DNA of 62,931 bases, the filler included, from Lenisia limosa (Eukaryota > Protista > Breviatea), in assembly GCA_001655205.1 (NCBI GenBank). It is 16 parts of 16 records of this genome, joined end to end, with 100 filler letters (N's around TTAATTAATTAA, not from the genome) between each part and the next. Parts side by side here need not be neighbours in the genome. Positions count along the whole stretch, not along the records: positions 48,233 to 57,577 come from LPNZ01003230.1; positions 57,678 to 59,636 come from LPNZ01006883.1; positions 59,737 to 62,931 come from LPNZ01000683.1; 13 more parts are not named here. One strand, 5' to 3'. The notes beneath the pieces are model-generated. The model did not search any database and had not been told where the DNA came from. It was given only the letters and a program-made list of their open reading frames with translations. The position numbers were made by a program, and so were the translations under genes. Position 1 is the first letter of the stretch, and each line of letters begins with the position of its first letter. This document shows, piece after piece, positions 48,233 through 59,790 of this stretch.

Positions 48233-50091
48233 TTCTGCAGCCCCGTATCCAACGGAGGGGGGAAATTGTCAAAACCTACCAAGATAAGCCCCCCCCCCAC
48301 TTCATTTCAGTATAAAGCACATTTGAGGGGTCCAAGGAATGGCCAATTTCCAGCAGGGCCATGGCTTCTTCAGCCACTGTAGCGTTATTGGTTTTTTTTG
48401 AATGAAATATAAATTTAATGAATTACTAGGTAACCACCCAAAAACTTAAGCAAAACCGAACCGCGAGCAGTTTTTGAAAATACGGAATTTAATTAGTTTT
48501 CCCCATAATATATTTAAAATGTAACAACTATGTAATGAAAGAAATTATACTTGGATTTAGTGGAGTTGCAAGACAAATTGTTGGGTGAAGAGTGAAATAT
48601 TGTAAATGTTATTGAATACAACAATTCCTCCTCTACCACTTACAATGGAGGAGATGAAGGCAGAATGCGATGTTGAAGTAGCACTGCGAATGCATAGCGT
48701 CCAGACTCAACACTTCAATAAAGCCCACAATGGCCTGTATCATGGTGAGGTCAGCATATAATCATGTACGCTAGAGTTGGTTGCAAGGTTGGTCAGATCT
48801 GTCTATGTAGTTTACTACCCTACCCTACCTTTTCGATAATTTCTTTTGTAGGGTTTTCTTGACATTGCTGAAAGGTTAGAAGGACTATACCAAATGCGTA
48901 GTTGGAGAATAACAAAACCAGGGTCTTTCTTCTGCCTTACGACTGAGGATATCCTCGCCCCATATACTCCAAGGCATTTTAGAGGATATCCTCGCCCCAC
49001 ATACTCCAAGGCACTTTAAAGAAGCTTCAAAGACGGAAATACCGTGTGCCTTCATTTGCTCAATCTGAGAAGTAAGAAGATGTGTTGGATGGCAGCGGAG
49101 AGTAGCGAGTAAATAAGGGAAATATTGATAACATGGTGCCAATTCACCTTTTGTGGGTTCTGACTCGTCTCAAATTCGGCAGCAGCTATGAAGTCAAATG
49201 GTGGAAACTGTGAAAAGTTGGATTCTCCCCGTCGATCTATTACTACTACTACTATTATTATTATTTCCCTATTTGTTTCTACGCGTCTCTCATCCACATT
49301 TAAGAACATCACCCCCACACAAAAAAACGCACACATTTTCTACAAACACAAAGCAAAGCACCATTCACAGAGCCCCATTACTCTTGTGGATCATTCGATC
49401 CCTCCACAGCTCTCCCCCTTGGTATTCGATCAGCGGTACATTTAAATGAGCCTAGGGGGTGGGGGGTAAGAGAAAGTAAATATACACCTAAAAATCAAGC
49501 TTTCATAGATGCACTTTTGATAAAGATAGCCCATCAGTTATTGGAAACTGATATATTACATGATAAAAAAAAAAAAAATAAAAAAAAANNNNNNNNNNNN
49601 NNNNNNNNNNNNNNNNNNNNNNNNNNNNNNNNNNNNNNNNNNNNNNNNNNNNNNNNNNNNNNNNNNNNNNNNNNNNNNNNNNNNNNNNNNNNNNNNNNNN
49701 NNTCACCTCCTTCAACATCAATGTGAGAATTGGCAGGTCTCCCCAGCAGCTGGAGTAGAAACTACGGAGTCAGAAGAGGTATAGCTCAATTGGGGTGCAG
49801 AAATAAGTAGAATATCCTTGATTATAACAGAGTTTACTCCAGCTTTAACCCGATCAAATTATCGCACTTATTCCCAAGCTTATCTTCAGTAAATGCACAA
49901 TGCACCTCCCACCTGTTCCAGGCTGGCTCGTCATCAGCCACGGCAGGGGGAAGGCTCGTGCCTCTAGAGAGCACCGCCTGCACCGTGCGGTTGAGCCTCA
50001 TTAGCGTGGCTTGGGGGAACTGTTTTAGCATTTCAGGCGCATTGTTAGGGTCGAAGAAGAGGAGGGCCGGGAGGAAGTCATTGCCACTCAT
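48233..50091 (-). CDS. TPR-containing protein of unknown function, 3' end missing
   Basis: First exon MSGNDFLPALLFFDPNNAPEML..LIGLKLE|GTAA. A later exon, AIVGFIEVLSLDAMHSQCYFNIAFCLHLLH, is TPR-like. Confidence 0.5.
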
Positions 50092-50384
50092 TGTTCAGGG
50101 TGGAATCGCGCGGGGACTTAATTGAATGGGAATTACGACTTTTATGTGCTTCAAATTACCTGTTAGTACTCTACTATTGAGTGACTAGACCGGAAAGGGA
50201 TGAGCAAAGGAAAAACGGGTAAGACAAGTTGGTACGCGACCGCAATTATCAAAACCCCACAAAAATCATCCTTCTTATCTTCTAAAATCAAGGAATCATT
50301 TATTAAAGATCGTATAAAAAGGAACCGGGGAAGAGGGAGAGGAAAACAGAAATACCCGGTGCTCGTTCTCGTCCCATCAATATC

Positions 50385-51626
50385 ATGCTTGCGCTTTCTC
50401 TTCTGCTATATGCTATTCTGTGGGTGGATTTATGGAGAAGGCTATTTCTTGGTTTGGGTGGAATTTCAATACTTGCAAATGTTTTCCTTACTGACTTGCT
50501 TCAGCGCATATTCGGTCCATTCTATTGCTGTCAATGTAAACACCCAGAATATTGTATCCCTTCAGGTTTGCCTCTTTTTGTGCTATCAGAGGGACTTTTT
50601 CCTTTCACGCGCAATATACATCTCTTTGATTAGCACCAGGCTATTTGATATGAGTAGGGCCTTAGACTTGAATCGGTCACCTCAGGCGATCTTCAGATTT
50701 GTGATTCTGTGACAGAAAATAATCTTGTGTATGACGGGCTGATTTTGAATTTATTGCGATGAGAGTTCTAAACTTTATTTCTATTCTCCAAAATCAACTT
50801 TCTCACTTCCTCAGGAATAACGAGGGTACTCTTCTCCTCTGCCACCAAGGGAGATGGCAGCAACTTATTACCGATAATGAAGGTGAGGCCAAATACATCG
50901 CTTTTACCGGGTGCAAGGCTGTCCTACCACTACCTATGGGTTATATGTTTGATGATTCTAGAGTTACGCCCGGTGTTTTCTGCCCAGTCAATGGTAGTGC
51001 ACTCTATCAATGGCCGCGATACGTATGGTAGCTTCCACCGAAACAGGTTGGAGCATACCAGGCTTTAGTAACAAGAACTGTACTGCAAGTTAGCTTCTTA
51101 ATCGTTTTGCTTATTTTACATTGAATACCATAATCACTATTACCTGTCCGCCCTAAGAGCAGTCTTATTTTATTGCAATTAATACTGACGCCTACACCCA
51201 GAGTTACAAGCATTATCAACCCCAGTCATTTGACACTGTTTTTAGAGTGGGCACGTTTATCAAGCAAAATGTTGAAGTCAATGACTACGAAATTATTGTT
51301 CCCAAGCCGGGGGTTTACTACGTTTCTGCAATGATGCTGAAGTAAGGGGAGGGGGTGAAGATGTTTAATCGTAATATGATTTTTGAGTTTTATTCACGAC
51401 ATGGGCGATTTTCTAGTCGATATGATGAACCTACGTTAATGGTGTCACACACAATTTTACTTCATTTGCCCTTTGTTTGAAATCGGCTTGCAGTAACCTC
51501 GTCATCAGGTCATCAACCGGCCACGCGTCGTTATCCTTATCAGTTGGCCCGGAGACGGTCGAGTTTTCTGCAGGCGAGCACTCAAATGTACAAACTACCA
51601 TTTTCGGTGCTGAGGTCGGCCACTAA
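50385..51626 (+). CDS. Secreted protein with a C1q/TNF-like beta-jelly-roll motif
   Basis: Spliced N-terminus MLALSLLLYAIL|AYSVHSIAV is signal-peptide-like. Exon ..NDYEIIVPKPGVYYVSAMML. Last exon ends TTIFGAEVGH* and is followed by (AAT)n. Confidence 0.5.
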
Positions 51627-51766
51627 GAACTGATAATAATAATAATAATAATAATAATATAATAATAGTAATATAGAATCTGTATTACTCTAGTGAGACA
51701 CTGTATATCATGATGTGATTTTTTGAATAGAATTGCACCTCATATTTACATTTAATTGTTATTCTA

Positions 51767-54307
51767 ATGTTGGGACTATTGAAGAAGTCCCGTTTATCAA
51801 AAACAAAAGACTTTCGATGGTCTTTTTTCGTCGATTGTACTAATTGTAACAGACAATCAGCATTACAAAGCCTTCAAGTCAGCCGCTAGTGTTTGATGCG
51901 CCTTCAGGAAATGGCCCTGATAATGTGGGGGAGGCAGATGATATGGATAGGGCTTCCCTACGTCCGAAAAAGACTAAAATATCGATATTTTACCGATCTT
52001 TTTCGGACCGTAGGGAAGCCCTAGATATGGATGATAAGATTCACTTCAAATTACTGATGGCTTAGATTGAAGTGAACATCTTCTACCTTCGGCCCATCCC
52101 GGGAGAAGCTGATGGTAAACTTCGTGCGTGAATCATTGAAGTATCTTATCTTTATATCATAATAGTCAAATAATCCATCGGCACTGAACGGTTTTTAGAT
52201 CTATTTCGATCATCACCCCACCATAACAAAATCGATGTACATGGTTATCCGCAAATTAATTTCTCATTTCCTCAAACACGTGTAGCCCCATACCCAGATT
52301 TCGCTGTTGTTGGAAGTGAGTATTCCCCCACACATGCCGAACGAGGCACCATTATTAATCTTGTTGCTAATAGGTGGGGGTACAATGTTGATTGGGTACT
52401 GCAAGTGAAGTGACTTATAGTTTTTTTGAAGTTAAAACTATTGATGTGTTTAGGCAGGGATCAGTAACGTTTTAGGTTTGGAGATCTGATGACCGTCGGA
52501 GCCAACCTCACAACCGGCACGCACTATCTGCCTACTGAGGGCATTTACCTCCATGGCAATTCTATCCAGTGGGGGGTCCACTCAGAACAAAGACTGCGGT
52601 TTGATAATGTTATGAAGTGTAACGGCAGTATTTTGTTTGCAATATGCAGTATGTCATAGGTTATTTGATCTGATGCATGAATGCCCCCTTTTTCATAGTT
52701 GAGCATTGTTCAAAACACTTCTATTTGACAAGTGTCCGAGGTGATTTCTAACTATTTAGACGGCGATCAGACCTGAGACTTTTGACTTATGTCTACGAAG
52801 ATAAATATCACGTGAGGTCTAATATGATGTAAAGATTAAAGTCGAAATATTGCCTCACATTTTATCAGATACTAACTGAACTCACAATCTAGGCTGGAGA
52901 CCAGTATATTGACTCAGATCTGTCCCTATCCACATCTGACCACTCCATCCTTTGTGAGTAGTGAGAGTCATTAATCGGTCGAGTCTATTTTGCAAGAAAT
53001 TTTGAACTAATACAAATCTATTGTTGACATTGATCATACCCTCTGATAATACATTATTATTGTGCACACAAGTCAATGAAGCTGTTAGGGCTTTGACTAT
53101 TTCTCTTCTCACAGTTTAGCACGCCACTACATTGGATACTATAACGGGACTGAGGTAGGTTGCGATATCTGATTAATGATCTGTACTAAGTACATTCACA
53201 CCCTCTGAAAAGTCCAATGATAGTTCGTTCATCAACAACCATTTCAGAAAATCCAGCACCTCTTCTACCAAGCAGCCGATGCCGTCCACATTTCCTCCAT
53301 TCTCATCGCAGGTCCCGAGGAACTTGGTGGGGTTGCGAGTTGATGTTTTAAGTTTGAGTCTTTTTGGGGAAAGTCATTCAAGAGGAAAACGATGAGGATC
53401 AACAAGTTCGTTCTGATCCTTTTAACGATTCAGTAAATGTTCAAAACCATTGACATCTCCAGACCGCTTTGACTGTAGCTGGTTGATACCCACTGGAGTT
53501 GCCGAGAGTGGCGTGTACCCCATGATCGATGCCGATATTGCGCAGTAGGAACTGCTCGTTTTTACTCAATCAGAATTCCACGTTTAGGAACTATTTTCTT
53601 GCCCCTTCTTGCACTTAACATCAGGTCGGCTTCCTGTGCAATGTATTCGTCCAATATCGTCGATGGTGTGTTCACTGCTCCTTCAAACGGTGATGGGGTT
53701 CTCTTGTCTTTTTTTTTTTTTTTTTTTTTTTNNNNNNNNNNNNNNNNNNNNNNNNNNNNNNNNNNNNNNNNNNNNNNNNNNNNNNNNNNNNNNNNATATG
53801 ATGACAATTGGTGGTATGGGCAGTCCCTTCAACACCAACATTGAGGTCCAACAGCCTTCGGCAGCCGCACGAAGAATCCAGCTCCAGGAGCAATACAGTG
53901 GTTCCTCAGCAAGAGAGATTGGTGGGATGGATCTGTTCCCTACTGCCGTATATATATGATATATAGCAATGAGAAATAAAAAATAAGGGAGTATCTGACC
54001 GAAGACGTCCCCCATCACGCTTATAAGAGATATTGGATAGTTGTCACCCAATCATTTGCCTTACAACTCTGTGCATAGCGTTCTACGTGCCTATACTGCC
54101 TTTGCACTCCTAATGTTGACCTCTTAGGGTTCACAACAGTTGTGTCACTGAAAGCTGGTGCAATAGTCAAGGTGAGTCGTTCGGAAGACGTAAAATATAT
54201 TTTGGATATCTTTTGGACCTTTTTTTAACCCCCAGATTTACACGGGAGATACTATGATTTTTGCTACCTATTATCGACTCAGTGACGTGTATGTACCAGG
54301 GTACTAA
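51767..54307 (+). CDS. Protein with repeated C1q-like motifs (start uncertain; could belong to the preceding gene)
   Basis: Exons TGTHYLPTEGIYLHG, SSNIVDGVFTAPSN(G), GFTTVVSLKAGAIVK| and IYTGDTMIFATYYRLSDVYVPGY*. The G.FTAP..G and V.L..G..V motifs are typical of gC1q. Confidence 0.5.
51948..52023. mobile_element. MITE family 1 copy (type B, internally deleted)
   Basis: TAGGGCTTCCCTACGTCCGAAAAAGA ... TCTTTTTCGGACCGTAGGGAAGCCCTA. Confidence 0.75.
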
Positions 54308-54632
54308 TTATTGTGGCTTTTTATGTATTTGTTGCTCCATTGGTACGGCACGTATTTGGGAATTCTAAAATGTGGTTTATAGTTGGGAAGGGCAGTATTG
54401 CAGTATATGTGCATGTGGTAAAAGTGTGTGTCTGAGGTTTCAGGAATATCAAACAATTTCACAGAAATGTCGACCTGCACGTTGGGTTTTACAGCGATGT
54501 CTATGAAATGACATTTTTCTGGTGTATTTACAAACTATGCCATGTGTAGCAAAAAATAATCCAATAAACGGGCAGAAAGTGGCTGCATAAACACAATAGA
54601 ACTAAGAAAAGTAGAAACACACCATATAAGCC

Positions 54633-57520
54633 CTACTCCTGGGGCAGCAGGCCGGGAACCGCGGCCTTGTCTTCGAGTTCCTTCGCCTCAGCAGCGTCAC
54701 GCTCGTCCCGGTAGAGGTCCTGTAAAGTGAGGCTTAAGAAGACTGAAGATATTCAGCTTGGTAGAAAAAAAAAACCCCTTTCTTGATGTCTACAGCCCTT
54801 ATACTGAAAAGGAATATTATTACTCCATGCTGATATAGCCCCCCCCCCCCNNNNNNNNNNNNNNNNNNNNNNNNNNNNNNNNNNNNNNNNNNNNNNNNNN
54901 NNNNNNNNNNNNNNNNNNNCCTGAGATGGGCCTTGAAAGCAGGCAGGTCGCGACTCAAGCTCACGAGACCCTCGGCAAAATGCTGGATCTAGGAAGGGTG
55001 AGTTGAGGAAAAGAGAGTCTGATAAATCTGCAAATCAGATTGGAAGAATAAAAACGGGCTTAGAATCAAGCCAAGGCATGTGACCTGTTGTTACGGACCT
55101 GTTGTGGGGCCACGTGGGCGAATCCTTGAGACAAAATGGAGGTGACATGGCTCTTGAGGAAGGTCGAGTTGTCGGGGTAGGGCTGACCGGCCTTGTCCCA
55201 TAGGGGGACGGTGATGCTACCTGATTCGACGAGACTCATGACGGTGCTTAGGATATGGGCTTGGAGGCGGAATCCTGTGGGGTGAATGGAATGGTGTATT
55301 GCAGGACTGATACCAAGAGTTCCATACAAATCTAGAGTGCTCAAAAGGAAAAATATTAGAAAACGGTTAAATAATAATATCTGGGGTGACGTTGATCAAA
55401 CCTCGCATACCTGATTTATGGAGAGAGTCTGTGAGGACAAAGAGAGTGTCGTCAAGGTAGGGAACAAGGAAGTGGGAATAGAACTCCTAAATCGTAAGTT
55501 CAGTTCATTTCAGTGCATGAAGTCCCATTGTATTTCAGCAGCCCACGGACCTGAGAGGCCTCGGGGTGGTGAGCAACAAAATGGAAGAGGCTGATAGCGG
55601 TGTTCAGGGCAAGTTCTGGGATATGTTAGCACCAAGGTTGTAGGAAACACGGCAAAATAGCGTTGTATGAAATGGTTTGTCTTTAACAGTAGCCATTTGA
55701 ACATTGTGCATACATGTTTTAAACAAGAAAATCTTGGTGGGGCAACACATATACACACAGGAACAACCCCCCCTCTCGGCTAAGGCTTCTCTCCAACACC
55801 AAAAAGACCAGTAAAATATCGATATTTATGGAGGATTTACCGAGAATTCAGTCTGTTATTGTCACCAAAGTGAATTACTATACCTATGCACCATGCAATG
55901 AAGTCAGGAGGTCGTTGGGTATGAAGATTAAAGCACCCCCCCCCACCCAATAACAAAACCAAAGGCCCACCAGAAATATCTCTATCAGTGTGCTTCATTC
56001 CAAAGATAACACTGTCGTTCACCAGCTTGAAGATGTTGGGGGGGAGGTTGAGGAGGGCTGAGGGAGGGAGAGGGGTCAGTGAGACGTTGCATTCGAATTA
56101 GGTAACAAGGTATTAAAATCCTTTTGGTTGAAGGTCCACAGAAGGAAAATATCCATACGCCCAATCCCTGTACCTTGGAAACAGTCGCGGGCAATTGCCT
56201 GGAGGAGGAGGTAGAACTTCTTACGGATTTCAGGGAAGTCGGAATAGTTCTTCGGTGTGAGAAACGGAACAACCGAAGACCTCTATGAAGATTGCATTAT
56301 ATTGCTCCCATTCCCCAGAGAACCCACCTGTGTGACCATGGAGAGGGTCGGCTCAAACACGGCGGCAAACATGGAGGGCACATCAGTGGCCACCACAGAC
56401 TTCAGCTTCGACACCACCGTCGCAATGAAGTGCAGAACCTGGGGGGGGGGGGGNNNNNNNNNNNNNNNNNNNNNNNNNNNNNNNNNNNNNNNNNNNNNNN
56501 NNNNNNNNNNNNNNNNNNNNNNNNNNNNNNNNNNNNNNNNNNNNNNNNNNNNNNNNNNNNNNNNNNNNNNNNNNNNNNNNNNNNCTTAGATAACATAAAG
56601 TGGGAGGGATAGTAGGAAGGAACAGGAGGAGAGGAAGAGGAGGAGAGGAAGAGGAGGAGAATGAAACGCAGTACTGTCTTTGATGGAGGAAAGCAATCGG
56701 GAAGGATTTTATGAAACAACTGGGTATGTGGTGGATAGATACGGAGGAAACAAATCAATGTAACAATAGCAAAAGAAATAAATGTTGAAGTTTCAACCCA
56801 ATTACCTGGGGGTCGCGCGCGGCCGGAGCGTTGTTGCGGTAATCGTTGAGGATGGACTCGAGAGCAGGGGGGATGAAAGAGGAAAGGATAACCTGAGGGG
56901 TAAAAGGAAATTTATGGTGACGTGTAAGAAGGGAGTTTCAGAACGGTGAAGTGATCACAAAAGTATTACCAGTTCCCCCCTTTGTGGAATTTCAAAGCCA
57001 GTGCAGCTTCCCCCCTCACGGCCGAGTCTTCCGACTTAGATATGAACTCGGAGATGAGGATGAGAGTGTCCTGTTTCGCCGTGCGCATGGCGCGGACGTC
57101 AGAGCGCGAGACGCAGTTGGGGTCTGGGTGGTCAGAGGGGGTAGGTATGAAATAAAAGAAAGCAAAAACAACACCAAAAGAAAGATTCAATACAGTAGTA
57201 GGAAAACAAGCGAGAGAGAGAGAACGGTAACCCCAGCCAACCAGCCGCCACGGCCTTGGACACGGCATTGGAATAGCACTGGTACACGTTGAGCATGTCG
57301 AGGTACATAACACCCAGCTGCGTCATGTACAGATGTCCCAGGCTCTTGCAGGCCCTGTAGTTCACCTGGTTGTGAGAACGATCTTGCCGAATCCTTGTTT
57401 AGAGAGTTATGAAACAGAATGTCAGAGCCGCGGCATGCACACCTTCAAGATAAACGAGACCTTGCTGCAAACGTCGGCGTTGAGGAGCTGATCCACGTTC
57501 TGTGACACCAGTGCCATGAC
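54633..57520 (-). CDS. XPO1: Exportin-1 (CRM1), C-terminal half
   Basis: NYRACKSLGHLYMTQLGVMYLDMLNVYQ, VRAMRTAKQDTLILISEF, LESILNDYRNNAPAARDP, VPSMFAAVFEPTLSMVT, VNDSVIFGMKHTDRDIS, FAEGLVSLSRDLPAFKAHLR and DLYRDERDAAE..VPGLLPQE*. Confidence 0.95.
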
Positions 57521-57696
57521 CTGAGACGTCACGAGGCTTCTTTTACATTTTTATGTAGAGCTATGGATCTCAAGTGCNNNNNNNNNNNNNNNNNNNNNNN
57601 NNNNNNNNNNNNNNNNNNNNNTTAATTAATTAANNNNNNNNNNNNNNNNNNNNNNNNNNNNNNNNNNNNNNNNNNNNATACCGTTTTTGGGAAGGT

Positions 57697-58916
57697 TGTC
57701 CTTAGGGGGGCTCTGGTAGAAGGCGCTGGCATTATGCGGAAGGGCTGCAAGGTTACTGTTAAATTCTTATGGTTTTATATGAACATTTAAATATTGAAGT
57801 AGTTTAAACGAATTAATTAATTAAAAGGGAGGCTATGCGGAATAGAACACAAACGTTATATTTCATAGGGATCACCAAATTTAATCGTTCAATTCATTAC
57901 TGATAATAAGAAGAGAAAAAAAGAAAAAAAGAAAAAAAGAAAAAAAGAAAAGAAGAAAAAGAAGAAAAAGAAAAAGAAGAAAAAGAAAAAGAAAAGAAAA
58001 GAAAAGAAGACAAAAAAAACTACAGTACCCTGCCTTCCCGACTCGTCTCCGACGTCAGTACTACCAAGGCCTGCTGGGGCTTGCGTTCGCAGAGCGGACG
58101 GGATGCGCGATGACCCCCCCAGAGTATGACCGTAGCCGAAAGCTAAACCTCCTATTTCATTCCCGATGCAAGTTTTTTCCGAAATATCGAAAAATTTCGC
58201 CGCGACCAAACCTCTGCTTGGGTTTGATTGCTTCCGCCTTGGCGGCCGGGGTTTCGATGAGTGCATGTCAACAGCATTTGGTCGCGGGGTTTTGGTCCAT
58301 GCTGGTCCGCTGCCAACTCAGAATAATGTTTCTTTGTTTTCCCTGTTACTGATATTGTATTCTGTTTGTATGTGTTGATTTCATCTTTCAATATATTTTA
58401 TACTTTTGTTCTATTTTTGTCCTTCCAAAATCCTCAGAGTTTTTCACCGCTGCCGACACCAAGACGCCCTATTTTCCAATTTTCTTGTCTTTTAACTGTA
58501 CTGAATGTTTTTTAGAATACATTTCTTGTTCTTTCAAAAAATTCGCGTTTTTTGGCTACTCTTGCACATGCACTCACCACACTGTACGATCTCGTCTTTG
58601 CTGCACTAGCCATGTTTCTTTTCGGATTCACATTTATGTGTTTTCCCTTTTTACTCAATGGTGCTTGTTAGCCCNNNNNNNNNNNNNNNNNNNNNNNNNN
58701 NNNNNNNNNNNNNNNNNNNNNNNNTGTATAGTTCGTTTCCTTTTCTTCTTTATAAATAAACGTTTCTACATTTGCAAAAAAAGTGTCTGAATGTTTTTTC
58801 GATAAATACATCTTTTGTCCTTTCAAAATCGCGCTTATTATTGTCTTTTCAAAATTCGAGAAGGCATCCGAAGCAGCATTCGACATCAAGGGAGTAGGCG
58901 TTCTTCTCGACACATG
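57697..58916 (+). CDS. Fragment of an unknown protein
   Basis: Three phase-compatible exons: GALVEGAGIMRKGCK|YPAFPTRLRRQYYQGLLGLAFAERTGCAMTPPEYD|LFSEISKNFAATKPLLGFDCFRLGGRGFDEC..PTQNN. No family recognised. Confidence 0.35.
57905..58020. repeat. (A)nG purine microsatellite
   Basis: AAAAAG/AAG runs. Confidence 0.8.
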
Positions 58917-59494
58917 GTGATTCAAATAGTTTCCTCAAGTAGTTAGCTAACCGATCTATCTAATTATGTTCATGAAGTCTTCCTGTTTCTTTGTTTCTTT
59001 GTGTGGTCAACCGCTGAATCTCTATGATTCTAGTTTCAATTGAGACTTTACTGCAAAAAATAATAAAAAAAAGTTATTTCATCTTTCAATATATATTTTA
59101 TTTTTGTCTTTTCAAAATTCGCAAAAATCACGCCTATACCCCTTCATTGTGTAGAGGGACCCATTTTACATCTTCGCCGAAAAAATCAACAAAAATGGAC
59201 ATGTGTTGTGTTTTTCTGGGTGTTATGCAAAATTCACCCCCCCCCCCNNNNNNNNNNNNNNNNNNNNNNNNNNNNNNNNNNNNNNNNNNNNNNNNNNNNN
59301 NNNNNNNNNNNNNNNNNNNNNNNNNNNNNNNNNNNNNNNNNNNNNNNNNNNNNNNNNNNNNNNNNNNNNNNNNNNNNNNNNNNNNNNNNNNNNNNNNNNN
59401 NNNNNNNNNNNNNNNNNNNNNNNNNNNNNNNNNNNNNNNNNNNNNNNNNNNNNNNNNNNNNNNNNNNNNNNNNNNNNNNNNNNNNNNNNNNCAG

Positions 59495-59610
59495 GAATTA
59501 TCTGGAGTATCTTTAGACAAAAAGGATACTGGAGAATGTCTAGACAAAAGGGGTGATAGAGAATGTCTAGAGGATAATGGAGAATATCTAGACAAAAGGG
59601 TGAGAGAGAA
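59495..59610. repeat. Degenerate ~28-bp minisatellite
   Basis: Recurring GGAGAAT.TCTAGACAAAAGGG next to a long masked block. Confidence 0.6.
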
Positions 59611-59790
59611 TCAAAAAGCCCCCCCCCCCCACCATCNNNNNNNNNNNNNNNNNNNNNNNNNNNNNNNNNNNNNNNNNNNNTTAATTAATTAANNNNNNNN
59701 NNNNNNNNNNNNNNNNNNNNNNNNNNNNNNNNNNNNATCGAAATTACCTTCGTTTTACTCCCCTCCCCCCGGATACTGATTCCGCTGTAG

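Noticed and set aside
57889-58266. Minus-strand ORF ending in poly-Phe
   Set aside because: The poly-Phe comes from the AAG microsatellite, and phase-compatible exons favour the plus strand.
59024-59692. 222-aa ORF with repeated DKKD/GECLD units
   Set aside because: It reads through masked N and a minisatellite, with no coding evidence.
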